DNA from: Antedon mediterranea
Taxonomy: Eukaryota; Animalia; Echinodermata
Assembly: GCF_964355755.1 (NCBI RefSeq)
Contig: NC_092672.1
Location: 35,656,437 to 35,720,436 of the forward strand
Length of the DNA stretch: 64,000 nt
Direction of reading: 5' to 3'
Positions 1 through 10,251 of the stretch are shown one piece after another. The notes beneath the pieces were generated by a model. The model had not been told where the DNA came from. It was given only the letters and a program-made list of their open reading frames with translations, and made no database searches. A program made the position numbers and the translations under genes. Each line of letters starts with the position of its first letter. Position 1 is the stretch's first letter.

Positions 1-964
1 GGAGTAATTGCGGATTGGAAATTGATGCGCATGATCACGTGTTTCGTTCAAATATGGCGCCACTGGAAGGTTTCCAGAAAGATGTTGGAACAAGAACAAG
101 TTTAGTAACAATAAACAATCAAGAGGGAAGACATTACGGCTGGTGCTCACAAAATAAAAATGATAGCTGTTACAAAACGATATATCGTTATCTGAACAAT
201 TTGAATAATTCCACTATTATATGGGTGACAAAAGCAAGCGCTTGGTCTCCCAAGATGGATATTGTCAATGTCATGCGCACATTCAAGCCAAGCATTGTAT
301 TAGCACGACCAAGTAAATCACTTAGACAGTCGATTGCGAGGTAATCTACAATATACATATTTGGGCACATCACTACCATATTTGGGCACATCCCTACCAC
401 ATTTGGGCACATCAACAAATTTTTTGGTCAAATTGATTAGTTTGGACAGATCTTTAGTACCGTACTTTTTATAAAGAAAAGAATGAATTGAAGTCGAAGA
501 TCACACCGAGCCGACACATTGAGCTCAATGTGAACGTTCAGCCTAACTACAGGTTTCCACAGGACAATATAAGTAGTCCCCAACCGGGTTTCTTTGCCTT
601 GCCGCGCAAGCACGGGGAAGGCCAATATTGAATATACTAATGGAAAATAGGCATATAAGGCGCCCACTTGGATAAAACAAAATTCTTTCGTTTTTTTAGG
701 AGGTGGAAAATTTCATCGCCATCGTCGGGCCTTTACGTATTTTCGCTTGCTGGAAATATGTGTAGTAAAGTATCATTGTATGGATTTTACCCTTTCAATC
801 AAACAGCCGAAGGGAAACCCGTCACGTACCATTATTACGGAAACGCATCTTTTAAAAATGGACACCACATGCCAGAGGAATTTAAAGTTTTAAAACAGCT
901 GAATGCGTCTGGTGTTATTAGGTTGGTTACATCGCATTGTAATCATCATCCTAAAACATTCTGA
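1..964 (+). CDS. ST8SIA: Alpha-2,8-sialyltransferase (ST8Sia/GT29) paralog 1, 5'-partial; exons <1-340 and 700-964
   Basis: End of sialylmotif L (SNCGLEIDAHDHVFRSNMAP), motif S (PSSGLYVFSLAGNMCSKVSLYGFYPF), motif III (HYY), VS (HHMPEE) and the ST8Sia-type C-terminal Cys (IRLVTSHC). GT at 341, AG at 698-699, frame preserved. Confidence 0.92.
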
Positions 965-1415
965 CGTCATATAGGCCTACAAGTTGTTAATTAATTAACC
1001 TGTTCATTGGACGCACAACACAACGACGTAGCCACAACGCAAGTGAGTTGACACAAGTGATAATACATGATTCATCATGTCCTGATTGGTCAAATTACTT
1101 GAGTGCGCTTAAGTACTTGAGTGCGCTTAAGTACTTGCGTTCACCAGTGGAAAGAAAAGCGTTTGTATAAAAAATGGTGCACAAAGAAACAGGAAAGTTA
1201 GTACATAAAAAGATGTCCTCCGGTGAAAAATACTCTGTAACAATTTGTTTTAATAGGCTATTTAGTGTTGGCTAAACACAAGACAGAAAATAGAAAAATA
1301 AATACAAATGTACGTGTCTAATTTTAACAATTGCTTTTTTTATTTAAAACTTCATTAATCGTTCATTAAACATGTTGCATTTTTCTATTCAAGTTAAACT
1401 ATTAAAATATATCTA

Positions 1416-1571
1416 AAGTTTGGTTCCCACTAGGACGCAATGACGTTAGCGCAACGCGAGCGAGTTGACCATATGACACGCGAAAGTTAATGATCTATCG
1501 TGTCGTGATTGGTCAAATTACTTGCGTTTCCCTTACGTCCTTATGCTGCGTCCTAGTGGGAATCAAGCTTA
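1416..1571. mobile_element. MITE with AAGCTTGGTTCCCACTAG-type TIRs (PIF/Harbinger-like); related copies at about 10451-10668, 11484-11672, 17269-17465, 47508-47645 and 54949-55096
   Basis: Inverted termini GGTTCCCACTAGGACGCA ... TGCGTCCTAGTGGGAATCAAGCTT, TAA/TTA flanks, recurring through the window. Confidence 0.7.
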
Positions 1572-2378
1572 ATGACCAGGGCGGCGCGATAGATCATCCT
1601 AGTCGCTTCTGATTGGTTAACTCGTTTGCGTTTTGTTATTATGACGTCCTTGCGTCCTGGAAACCAAGCATATGATTTGGTCTCGGTGCTCCGATCCTAA
1701 AAACCCTCTTGAACAATAAACGCCCGGGTAGTTTATTCAAATAAATATCGGTATGCAGATGTCCTAACTAGATCACCGAGCGGTTTAGAATGTGGTGTCT
1801 GTTAATTTAGCTCTAGTTAATTTACACGTTGTTGTAAGTACTGTCAAAGAATATATATCACAAGAATGAGTAATCCGCGGTTTTCCCTGTAACAGTAATA
1901 TTGTCCACAGAGCCATATAGAGAGAGTTACGGCATTGCGTTCAAGGATTTTAGAAAGTCACGTGGTGTGCACGCCGGCCATGTTTGTGTCCAACTATGCC
2001 TATGTAGCGTATGGAGTCGAGTCATTTGCTTAAAAAATGTATAACATTCACAAGGCTTTAAATATCGAATTTAATATCAAAACAATCAAAGGTTTTTGTT
2101 AAGATAATAACGAAATCATAAAGTTACTGCGAACATGATTTTAAACAACAAAATGTAAAAACAATGCATTACTATAGAGAATCGCTGTACAAACTAAACG
2201 CGCACGTACAGCGTGCATGGAGCGCACAACCAGAGCCGTTCCGAAATTGCTATTTTTGTTGTTTAAAATCATGTTCGCAGTAAGTTTATAATTTTTTTAT
2301 TATTTTAACAAAAACCTTTAAACAAATTGATTGTTTTGATATTAAATTCGATAATTAAAGCCTTTTGAACGTTATACA

Positions 2379-4478
2379 CGTGACAAACACGCACCACCGA
2401 AAAAGAGAACAGTAAAGGTCCGACCAAACACTAGTTGGTATAACAGTGACATCTATGCTGAGAAAAGAACAAAGCGTAAGCTTGAAAAGAAATGGAGAAT
2501 CTCTCATCTGGAAATAGATCGTCAAGCTTACATTGCACAGAAGAGGAATGTAAATTCCATGGTAAGAAAGGCAAAGGCCAACTACTACATTGGCTTGTGT
2601 GAAGAACATGCAGCAGATCAGAAAGGACTTTTTAAAATTGTTAACCAACTCCTTCATCATCGCCAGGTATCACCCCTCCCAGATAGTCTTTCTGACTTAG
2701 ATCTTGCGAACAGGTTCTGTCAGTTTTTCACAGACAAGATCAAGATCATCAGAGACGACTTCAAGATTGATGACATGTCATTTAATGAGCCTGTGACAGC
2801 TGTTCATCAGCATCTCACAACATTTACACCAGCATCTCAAGATGAGATCCGCAACATTCTGATGAAATCACCAACAAAATCATGCAGGTTAGATCCAGTT
2901 CCTACTTCTATACTGAAGAAGTGTATAGACGCAGTCGTTCCAATAATAACGGAAATAATTAACCATTCTCTTAATACCGGCATAGTGCCAGATGAACTGA
3001 AAATTGCTCACGTTCGTCCTTTAATAAAAAAGCAAAACTTGGATCATAACACGCTGAAAAATTACCGCCCGGTGTCGAATCTTTCTTTTCTTGGAAAGAC
3101 TCTGGAGCGTGTAGTGACATCACGCATTACTCCATATCTTCAAAAGCATAATTTAAATGAGAATTACCAGTCGGCATATCGTGCATGTCATAGCACGGAG
3201 AGTTCCCTTTTAAAGGTACAGAATGATTTGTTACAAGGAATGAATGATGGGAAAATAACGCTATTGGTGTTGTTGGATTTGTCAGCAGCGTTTGATACAG
3301 TTGATCACCAAAGACTGATAACCCGTCTGAGAAATCGCATTGGCATAAATGGTGTTGCTCTTAACTGGTTCCAGTCATATCTTACAGGAAGACGTCAGCT
3401 AGTCTGTATCAATGATGCATTCTCAGATGAAGCTTGCCTGGAATATGGTGTACCACAGGGGTCAGTAATTGGGCCTGGCCAGTTTTCCATTTATACGCTT
3501 CCCCTTGGTGACATTATTCGCAAACACAGTCTACATTTCCATTTCTATGCAGATGATACACAGATTTATGTGTCAGTAAATCCAGTGCAAAGGGATGTTG
3601 CTGCAGCAATCAGTAAGATGGAAGCCTGTATAGAAGATGTTCGCAATTGGATGACAACAAATTACCTAAAGTTGAATGATGGAAAGACAGAGTTTATTAT
3701 CGTCGGGTCTAAATGTAACATCTCCAAAATCAACATCACACATATCAGAATCGGAAACTCTAACATCGCTCCCTCATCGGTGGTCCGGAATCTGGGAATC
3801 ATGCTGGATAGTAATCTCACTATGGAAGCACAAATAACAACTGTATCCAAAGCAGCATGCATATCGATTAGGAACCTTGGTCGTATTCGCGGTAATCTTA
3901 ACAAGAAAACAGCTGAATTGATTGTACACTCATTTGTCACTTCTAAAATTGACATTGGTAATGCCTTGTTGTTTGGCATACCAAAATCTCAAATACAACG
4001 TTTGCAGCGCTTGCAAAATATGGCAGCTAGAATTGTAACTTATACAAAATCAAACGCTCACATAACTCCTGTCCTGATGGATTTGCATTGGTTGCCTGTT
4101 CAACAACGTATTAAGTACAAACTTGCGTTGTTTGTATTCAAGATCCTAAATGACAGTGCTCCTGCTTATTTATCTGACCTTGTGGATCGTTACGAATCAT
4201 CCCGCAGAGGCCTACGATCATTGTCACAAAACCTTCAAGAGCGTAGAGCGAAAAATCAGTGGGGTCAGAGATCTTTCTACGTTGCGGCCGCAAGTGTATG
4301 GAACAGCTTACCAGCAACAGTTAAATGCTCAACTAGTCTAAACAGTTTCAAGACCAACCTAAAGACGTCGCTATTCGCTGATGTTCTCGCACGTTGTTAA
4401 TGCACAAAGCGCCATGAGCGCCACATGGGTGGAGGATACCGGCGCTATATAAGTTTTCATTTATTATTATTATTATTA
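2379..4478 (+). mobile_element. 5'-truncated L2/CR1-group LINE with (TTA)n tail
   Basis: Frame is open from about 2380 (DKHAPPKKRTVKVRPNTSWY) into the RT ORF. Short 3' UTR, then (TTA)n at 4461-4480. TTATACA at 2372-2378 and 4479-4485. Confidence 0.92.
2559..4400 (+). CDS. LINE ORF2 reverse transcriptase domain (endonuclease missing through 5' truncation)
   Basis: NYRPVSNLSFLGKTLE, LLDLSAAFDTVDH, GVPQGSVIGP, YADDTQIY, and HITPVLMDLHWLPV typical of L2/CR1-group C-termini. 613 aa without a stop. Confidence 0.95.
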   Translation: MVRKAKANYYIGLCEEHAADQKGLFKIVNQLLHHRQVSPLPDSLSDLDLANRFCQFFTDKIKIIRDDFKIDDMSFNEPVTAVHQHLTTFTPASQDEIRNILMKSPTKSCRLDPVPTSILKKCIDAVVPIITEIINHSLNTGIVPDELKIAHVRPLIKKQNLDHNTLKNYRPVSNLSFLGKTLERVVTSRITPYLQKHNLNENYQSAYRACHSTESSLLKVQNDLLQGMNDGKITLLVLLDLSAAFDTVDHQRLITRLRNRIGINGVALNWFQSYLTGRRQLVCINDAFSDEACLEYGVPQGSVIGPGQFSIYTLPLGDIIRKHSLHFHFYADDTQIYVSVNPVQRDVAAAISKMEACIEDVRNWMTTNYLKLNDGKTEFIIVGSKCNISKINITHIRIGNSNIAPSSVVRNLGIMLDSNLTMEAQITTVSKAACISIRNLGRIRGNLNKKTAELIVHSFVTSKIDIGNALLFGIPKSQIQRLQRLQNMAARIVTYTKSNAHITPVLMDLHWLPVQQRIKYKLALFVFKILNDSAPAYLSDLVDRYESSRRGLRSLSQNLQERRAKNQWGQRSFYVAAASVWNSLPATVKCSTSLNSFKTNLKTSLFADVLARC

Positions 4479-6588
4479 TTATACATTTTGAAAACAAAAG
4501 ACTCAATAACTTCATACGCTACATAGGAATAGTTGGACACAAACACGGCTTCTAATCCATTCAATGTCGAAACCAATACTATAGCGCCACGAAGTGGCGC
4601 AAGATAGGGAAGTCCTATCTCTTATACACTGCGCATGAGTGAAATTCCATGGACAGCCATTCCGGCAATTAAGCAAGTTACGCGATCACATACCCCAGAA
4701 GTGTATAATAAACCATTGAACCACATCCACGTGTGACGTGTTATTGTTTGTTCGGGAAGTTTTCTCGTGTTGTATTGGGTAAATTGTAGTGGTAAGTTTT
4801 TAGAATATATATTTTTTTGTTAGTAAACATTAACAAAATTATTAAATTGTTGTTTAAATTTAGTTCAGGCAGGCGTTTCTGCGCAATCCGATCTAGGGCC
4901 TAGATAGTAGTAGGCCTAGGCATATTTAATGCCGAATACTAGGCCTAGTTTAGTTAGTATGATTAATAACAAAAAAGTCTGGGAGGATGAATGATATTGA
5001 TTGGCGTCTTGATAGGGGTATCAAGATGGATCAAACAAGGCTTGGATGGATGGAAGATTAAGGAAAAAACTGAAGCTGTTCGGGAATTAGGAGTTTTTAA
5101 TAAAAATGTACAAGACAATATAGCGTTTTATTAATAATAACATTAACAGAAATAATTAAATGTAATGAAATAAAAAATCGTGAGGATGTTATTGTTTGTT
5201 TTTTTTTTATTTAATAAATTTAAATTATAAATTTGATCCTCATATTTATTTTGTTCTTCATCTTTATTTGAAAAATATTTAGTTAATTAATGTAAATATT
5301 ATTTTTGAATACTTACAATATTAATAAATAGTAGGCTATTGACTTTTGTTTTGAATTTAAAAATGTATAGTATTTTAAAATACTATAATAAGTAATCAAA
5401 TGATTATGTAACAGTTCGAAAAGTGACCAAATAATTTAATGATATATTTTTCCCTATTTCAGAAAGATGTCTGTCATCATACTGTAAAATCGAGAAGATA
5501 GATGATTGAGTGCAAAGTGGTATTTTACACAAGAATTAAATACAAAGGCCAGAACTGATGGACAATTATATTTTAATAGTAATAATAGTTTATATTTTTG
5601 ATTCTTGAAAAGGAGCAGTATCCTATGGGATTACAAATAAAATCACTATTTTCACACACCTCATACTTTAAAGTGAAAGGAAATAACCAGAATTCAGTTA
5701 TTATCAGTACTGTTGTTTAGGCCTATTGGCTTCTTTTGTAATACAAGAAATCAAAATAATAGAATTTTCCTTGTATTTAAGAAGGCTAAAACCATACATT
5801 CGTAATTTATTTATTGAGTGTTTTTAATTATTCCATCATTATTTATTAATATTGTATAAAGTGAGATTTTTCAGTATTTTTATTGCATTTTAATCCTGTC
5901 TGTAATATTGAAAGTTGAGCTAATAAAAGTGGGTTGAAAAGAACAAATTATGATTATGAATTTTTAAAATTAATATTTAATACTTTTACTTTTTTTAAAT
6001 TAAAAAAATGCAACAATTGTTTTTGTATCTAGTAATGTATGTACAGTATACTACAGTTGTGGCAGATCGTAGTAAAATTCCCCTTGCAATGAAATAACTT
6101 TGTAGGCCTGAAGCACACACAATAGAAAGAGAGGGTCCGAACAGGGGAAAGAACATCCCCCTGCCCATCAATTTAAAAAAAAAATAAAAATTAAAAAGAC
6201 AGTTTTGGACAATATATTTGGCAATTATTACAATTCATCTCCAAAAAATGCTTCTCTCGCACATAAACTAAGCCATCATCCCAGCCTAGGCCAAACGCGG
6301 CCGACCTTGGGCGTGAAGTGCGTAGCATCGCGCTGCGCCCCGCGACACTATTTATAACTATGCCTCAACCGACTGCCTACAAAATTCGTCCTCCATACAG
6401 TCAGTGTTTATTCTGTAGCCGTTTGAGGTTGGACAGTGATATACGCATATGTAAGTGTAATATCAAATGGAGTAAATCTATATAATCGAATTTTATATAG
6501 ATGTTCTTTCATTTTGACGCGAAAGATAAAATAAAGTCGTACTGTTTATCGCGTAGATGTAAATCCTATTTGTTTACATTGATTTGGT

Positions 6589-7388
6589 CAAAGAATATAT
6601 ATCACAAGAATGAGTAATCCGCGATTTTCACTGTAACAGTAATATTGTCCATGTGGTAGGGCGCCGCCATAAGTGTGGATGTATCTGGGATGTATACAAC
6701 TTTTTGTGACGGTTTCACTAATCAAAGGCTGGACCACCGGTAGTATTTTCATGATAAAAAATGTTATCAAATACATGCCAACATCATGTTAAATACTATT
6801 TGGATATTTAATTGTTCGTTTAATGCAATTTATTTAGTAAAAACTGCCGTATAAACAGTTTGCTTTATCAATCGGGCGCTACGATAGCGTGACCGGGCGT
6901 GTTGCTGTTTACGCGTTTTCACGAAGGATAGTTTAATAATATTCCTATATTTAACTTGTTTCTGGTAAAACAAATAAATGTTAATGACATTTAACATTTT
7001 CTCTTATTAATAACATGTGTTTTATACTAATTTATATCATAAAAACAATACTTAATTTACCGGGCGTACAGTAGTACACGGCAATGGTAAAGAATAGGTC
7101 GTGCTGAGTAATATTCGTTGATTTTTGGTGTTGCTGTGTTAGGCCTTTTTTGTGAACTAACTTAGCATGTTAGTAAATAATTGTCTGTAAAAGTGAATAA
7201 ACACTAGTTTGTTAATAAATATGTATTATAAAATAGTTTACAATTGCAAAAACTATCTTCATAATTCTATTTATTTAGTATGTATACATCCGCCCTTATG
7301 AGGGCGGGCATCACTCACTGGAGCTCTCTGTTACAAATTTCTCATGCAAAAATTGCGGAATACTCATTCTTGTGATATATATTCTTTG
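6589..7388. mobile_element. 800-bp MITE, about 40-bp TIR CAAAGAATATATATCACAAGAATGAGTA, 7-bp TSD ATTTGGT (P-superfamily-like)
   Basis: TIRs at both ends; ATTTGGT at 6582-6588 and 7389-7395; near-identical second copy at 17647-19304; left-end remnant at about 1846-1907. Confidence 0.88.
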
Positions 7389-7619
7389 ATTTGGTGGCGT
7401 GCCGCATTGCCTACTGGGTAATCCGCTTGCCGGAATGGCTGCCCATGCAATTATCATTTTTCGAGCGTCAGTTCCATATCTTGCGCCACTACGTGGCGCG
7501 CTATACGATCTTTGGTCGAAACTCTCTCTTATAATATGGCTCTGATTGTCCATTCGGTAGGGAGCCGCCTTAAGTCAACAGGATGAATACAAAAAGTGCT
7601 TTGCCTTTGTGGTCTGTCA

Positions 7620-10057
7620 CAGAGCCATATACAGGTATAAAGAGTTACGACATTGGATTGTAGTCACGTGATATGAAGATCAAAATGTGTCATGTAAAGT
7701 ATAGGAGCAACAAAATATTTTCAATTTTTTCTTATATTTCAAAAAATGTAATTGGTCATTTTACGATGAAATATCAATGTGCACAGCGTACAGAAGTACT
7801 TGTGGCAAAGAATATTGCGCGCGCGTGCGCTAGTACATTATAGCAGCGTTCGATTGATTGATTTTGGAACAAAACATCCCATAACTACGTCCCATTAATA
7901 ACAATTATGTACTATTTTTAATTCATTAATTAATTTAATTGTGTGAATATGATTTATATAGTGTGCGTGACAGTTGTGGGCCACCATAGAAAGGGGTATG
8001 AACAATATTAAAATAATAATGGCAAATTATTACAAATGAAATGATGAACGAGTCTCTGAATTTTAATAACGTTGGCGGCGAAGTTTGTTCAAAAACACAC
8101 AGAAAGCCATATACTGCATAATAAGAGGAGTGAATTTGTGTGTTTTTTGTATTGGTTCATTATTTGATGTATCCTAACTTCCATGTAGGCCCTAGCATTT
8201 ATTTTTTTGTTATTATAACAAATATATATAAATTTTAACAAATCAATACCATTAATAAAATTAATTACTAAAATAAAAACGGAATCTAAGCGTTATTTCA
8301 CGGACAACAAAATCTAAAAATAATGCATGGAACTACAGGAAAACGCTATATAAAAAACAGAGCCATATGAAATATGAAATATGGCTCTGATACAAAACAG
8401 AGCCATTATTATATAAAGAGTTACGACATTGGATTATAGTCACGTGATATGCAGATCAAATTGTGTCAAACTTGTCTCCATTAAATGCATGTAAAGTATA
8501 GGAGCAACAAAATACTTTCAACTTTTTCTTATATTTCAAAAAATGTAATTGCACATTTTACGGTGAAATATCGACGTGCACAGCGTACAGAAGTACTTGC
8601 GTCAAAGAATATTGCGCGCGCGTGCTCTAGTACATTATAACGTTCGATTGATTGATTTTGGAACAAAACATCCCATAACTACGTCCCATTAATAACAATT
8701 ATGTAATATTTTAATACATGCTTTCATGACTAAATAAAATAATAAAGTGTCGTGGATATATTTGTTAATATATTGAATAGGGTATGAACAATAATAAAAT
8801 AATAAAGGCAAATTATTACAAATGAAATGATGAACGAGTCTCTGAAAGTTTGTGTCAAAAACACACAGAGAGCCATATACCATGGAGGTCCATGCATAAT
8901 ATACTGTATAAAAAGAGGGGTGAATTTGTGTGTTTTTTGTATTGGTTCATGCTTTGATGTATCCTGACTTGCAGGTCGGTCCTAGCATTTATTCTTTTGT
9001 TACTATAGACACAATATATATATGTTACCAAATTAATATCATTAATAAAATTAATTACTAAAATAAAAACGGAATATAAGCGTTATTTCATAGACAAAAA
9101 AAATCTAAAAATAATGCATGAACTATAGGAAAACGCTATACAAAAGAGATGCGCGCGCCCTCAGCGTGCGAATTCTTTGACACAAAAATGGCTTCTAATT
9201 TTCAATGTCGTAACTCTTTATGGCTCTGATCGATACAAAACAGAGCCATAATAAAGAGTTACGACATTGGATTTAAGTCACGTGATATGCAGATCAATTT
9301 GTGTCAAACTTGTCTCCGTTAATGCATGTAAAGTATAGGAGCAAGAAATTACTTTAAACTTTTTCTTATATTAAAAAAAATGTAATTGCACATTTTACGG
9401 TGGAATATCGACGTGCACAGCGTAAAGAACCACTTGCGCCAAAGAATGTTGCGCGCGCGTACGCTAGTACATTATAACGTTCGATTGATTGATTTTGGAA
9501 CAAAACATCCCATAACTACGTCCCATAATAACAATTATGTAATATTTTCAATTCATAATGCATGCTTTGATGACTAAATAAAATAATAAAGTATCGTGGA
9601 TATATTTGTTAATATATTGAATAGGTATGAACAATATTAAAATAATAAAGGCAAATTATTACAAATGAAATGATGAACGAGTCTCTGAAAGTTTGTGTCA
9701 AAAACACACAGAGAGCCATATACTGTATAAAAAGAGGGGTGAATTTGTGTGTTTTTTGTATTGGTTCATGCTTTGATATATCCTGACTTGCATGTAGGCC
9801 CTAGCATTTATTCTTTTGTTATTATAGACACAATATATATATGTTACCAAATTAATACCATTAATAACTTTATTTACTAAAATAAAAACGGAATCTAAGC
9901 GTTATTTCATTGACAACAAAATCTAAAAATAATGCATGGAACTACAGGAAAACGCTATACAAAAGAGACGCGCGCGCCCTCAGCGTGCGAATTCTTTGAC
10001 ACAAAAATGGCTTCTAATTTTCAATGTCGTAACTCTTTATATATAATTATGGCTCTG
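7620..10057. mobile_element. Array of CAGAGCCAT-TIR elements: truncated copy 7620-8357, 32-bp TIR-only unit 8358-8389, full copies 8398-9228 and 9241-10057
   Basis: Three roughly 0.8-kb direct repeats with termini CAGAGCCAT..AAGAGTTACGACATTG / CAATGTCGTAACTCTT..ATGGCTCTG. ATACAAAA precedes the units at 8398 and 9241. Outer flanks GGTCTGTCA / GGTCTGTAA. Confidence 0.85.
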
Positions 10058-10251
10058 GGTCTGTAATAGTCAGAGCGCCACCAGCGTCGTTTGCTTGACT
10101 CACTTCTGGAACCAAAGCGATGGCTCAGTATGATCATCATACTACTGTGTTCACACGACACACAGAGTTACGAGTGCATAGAACAGTGCCAAGCTGATCT
10201 ACATCATATCCTAGTTAAAAAACGAAGGGGAAATTTACAATTTTGGTGGTA

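Larger units (their letters stand above)
1908..7544. mobile_element. 5.6-kb non-autonomous DNA transposon, TIR CAGAGCCATAT, 8-bp TSD ATTGTCCA (hAT- or P-superfamily), containing nested elements
   Basis: ATTGTCCA at 1900-1907 and 7545-7552 flanks CAGAGCCATAT...ATATGGCTCTG. The interrupted host repeat resumes after the TSD (compare the intact copy at about 6640-6675). Internal imperfect inverted repeats at about 4580-4668 and 7428-7505. Confidence 0.85.

Noticed and set aside
3662-4341. Alternative-frame and antisense ORFs inside the LINE (likewise inside the copine and SLC43 exons)
   Set aside because: Shadow ORFs of real coding sequence with no recognisable motifs.
6588-6776. Duplicated small ORF (also 17493-17828) as a conserved peptide gene
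   Set aside because: Both lie within copies of the same MITE, so the similarity reflects repeat identity.
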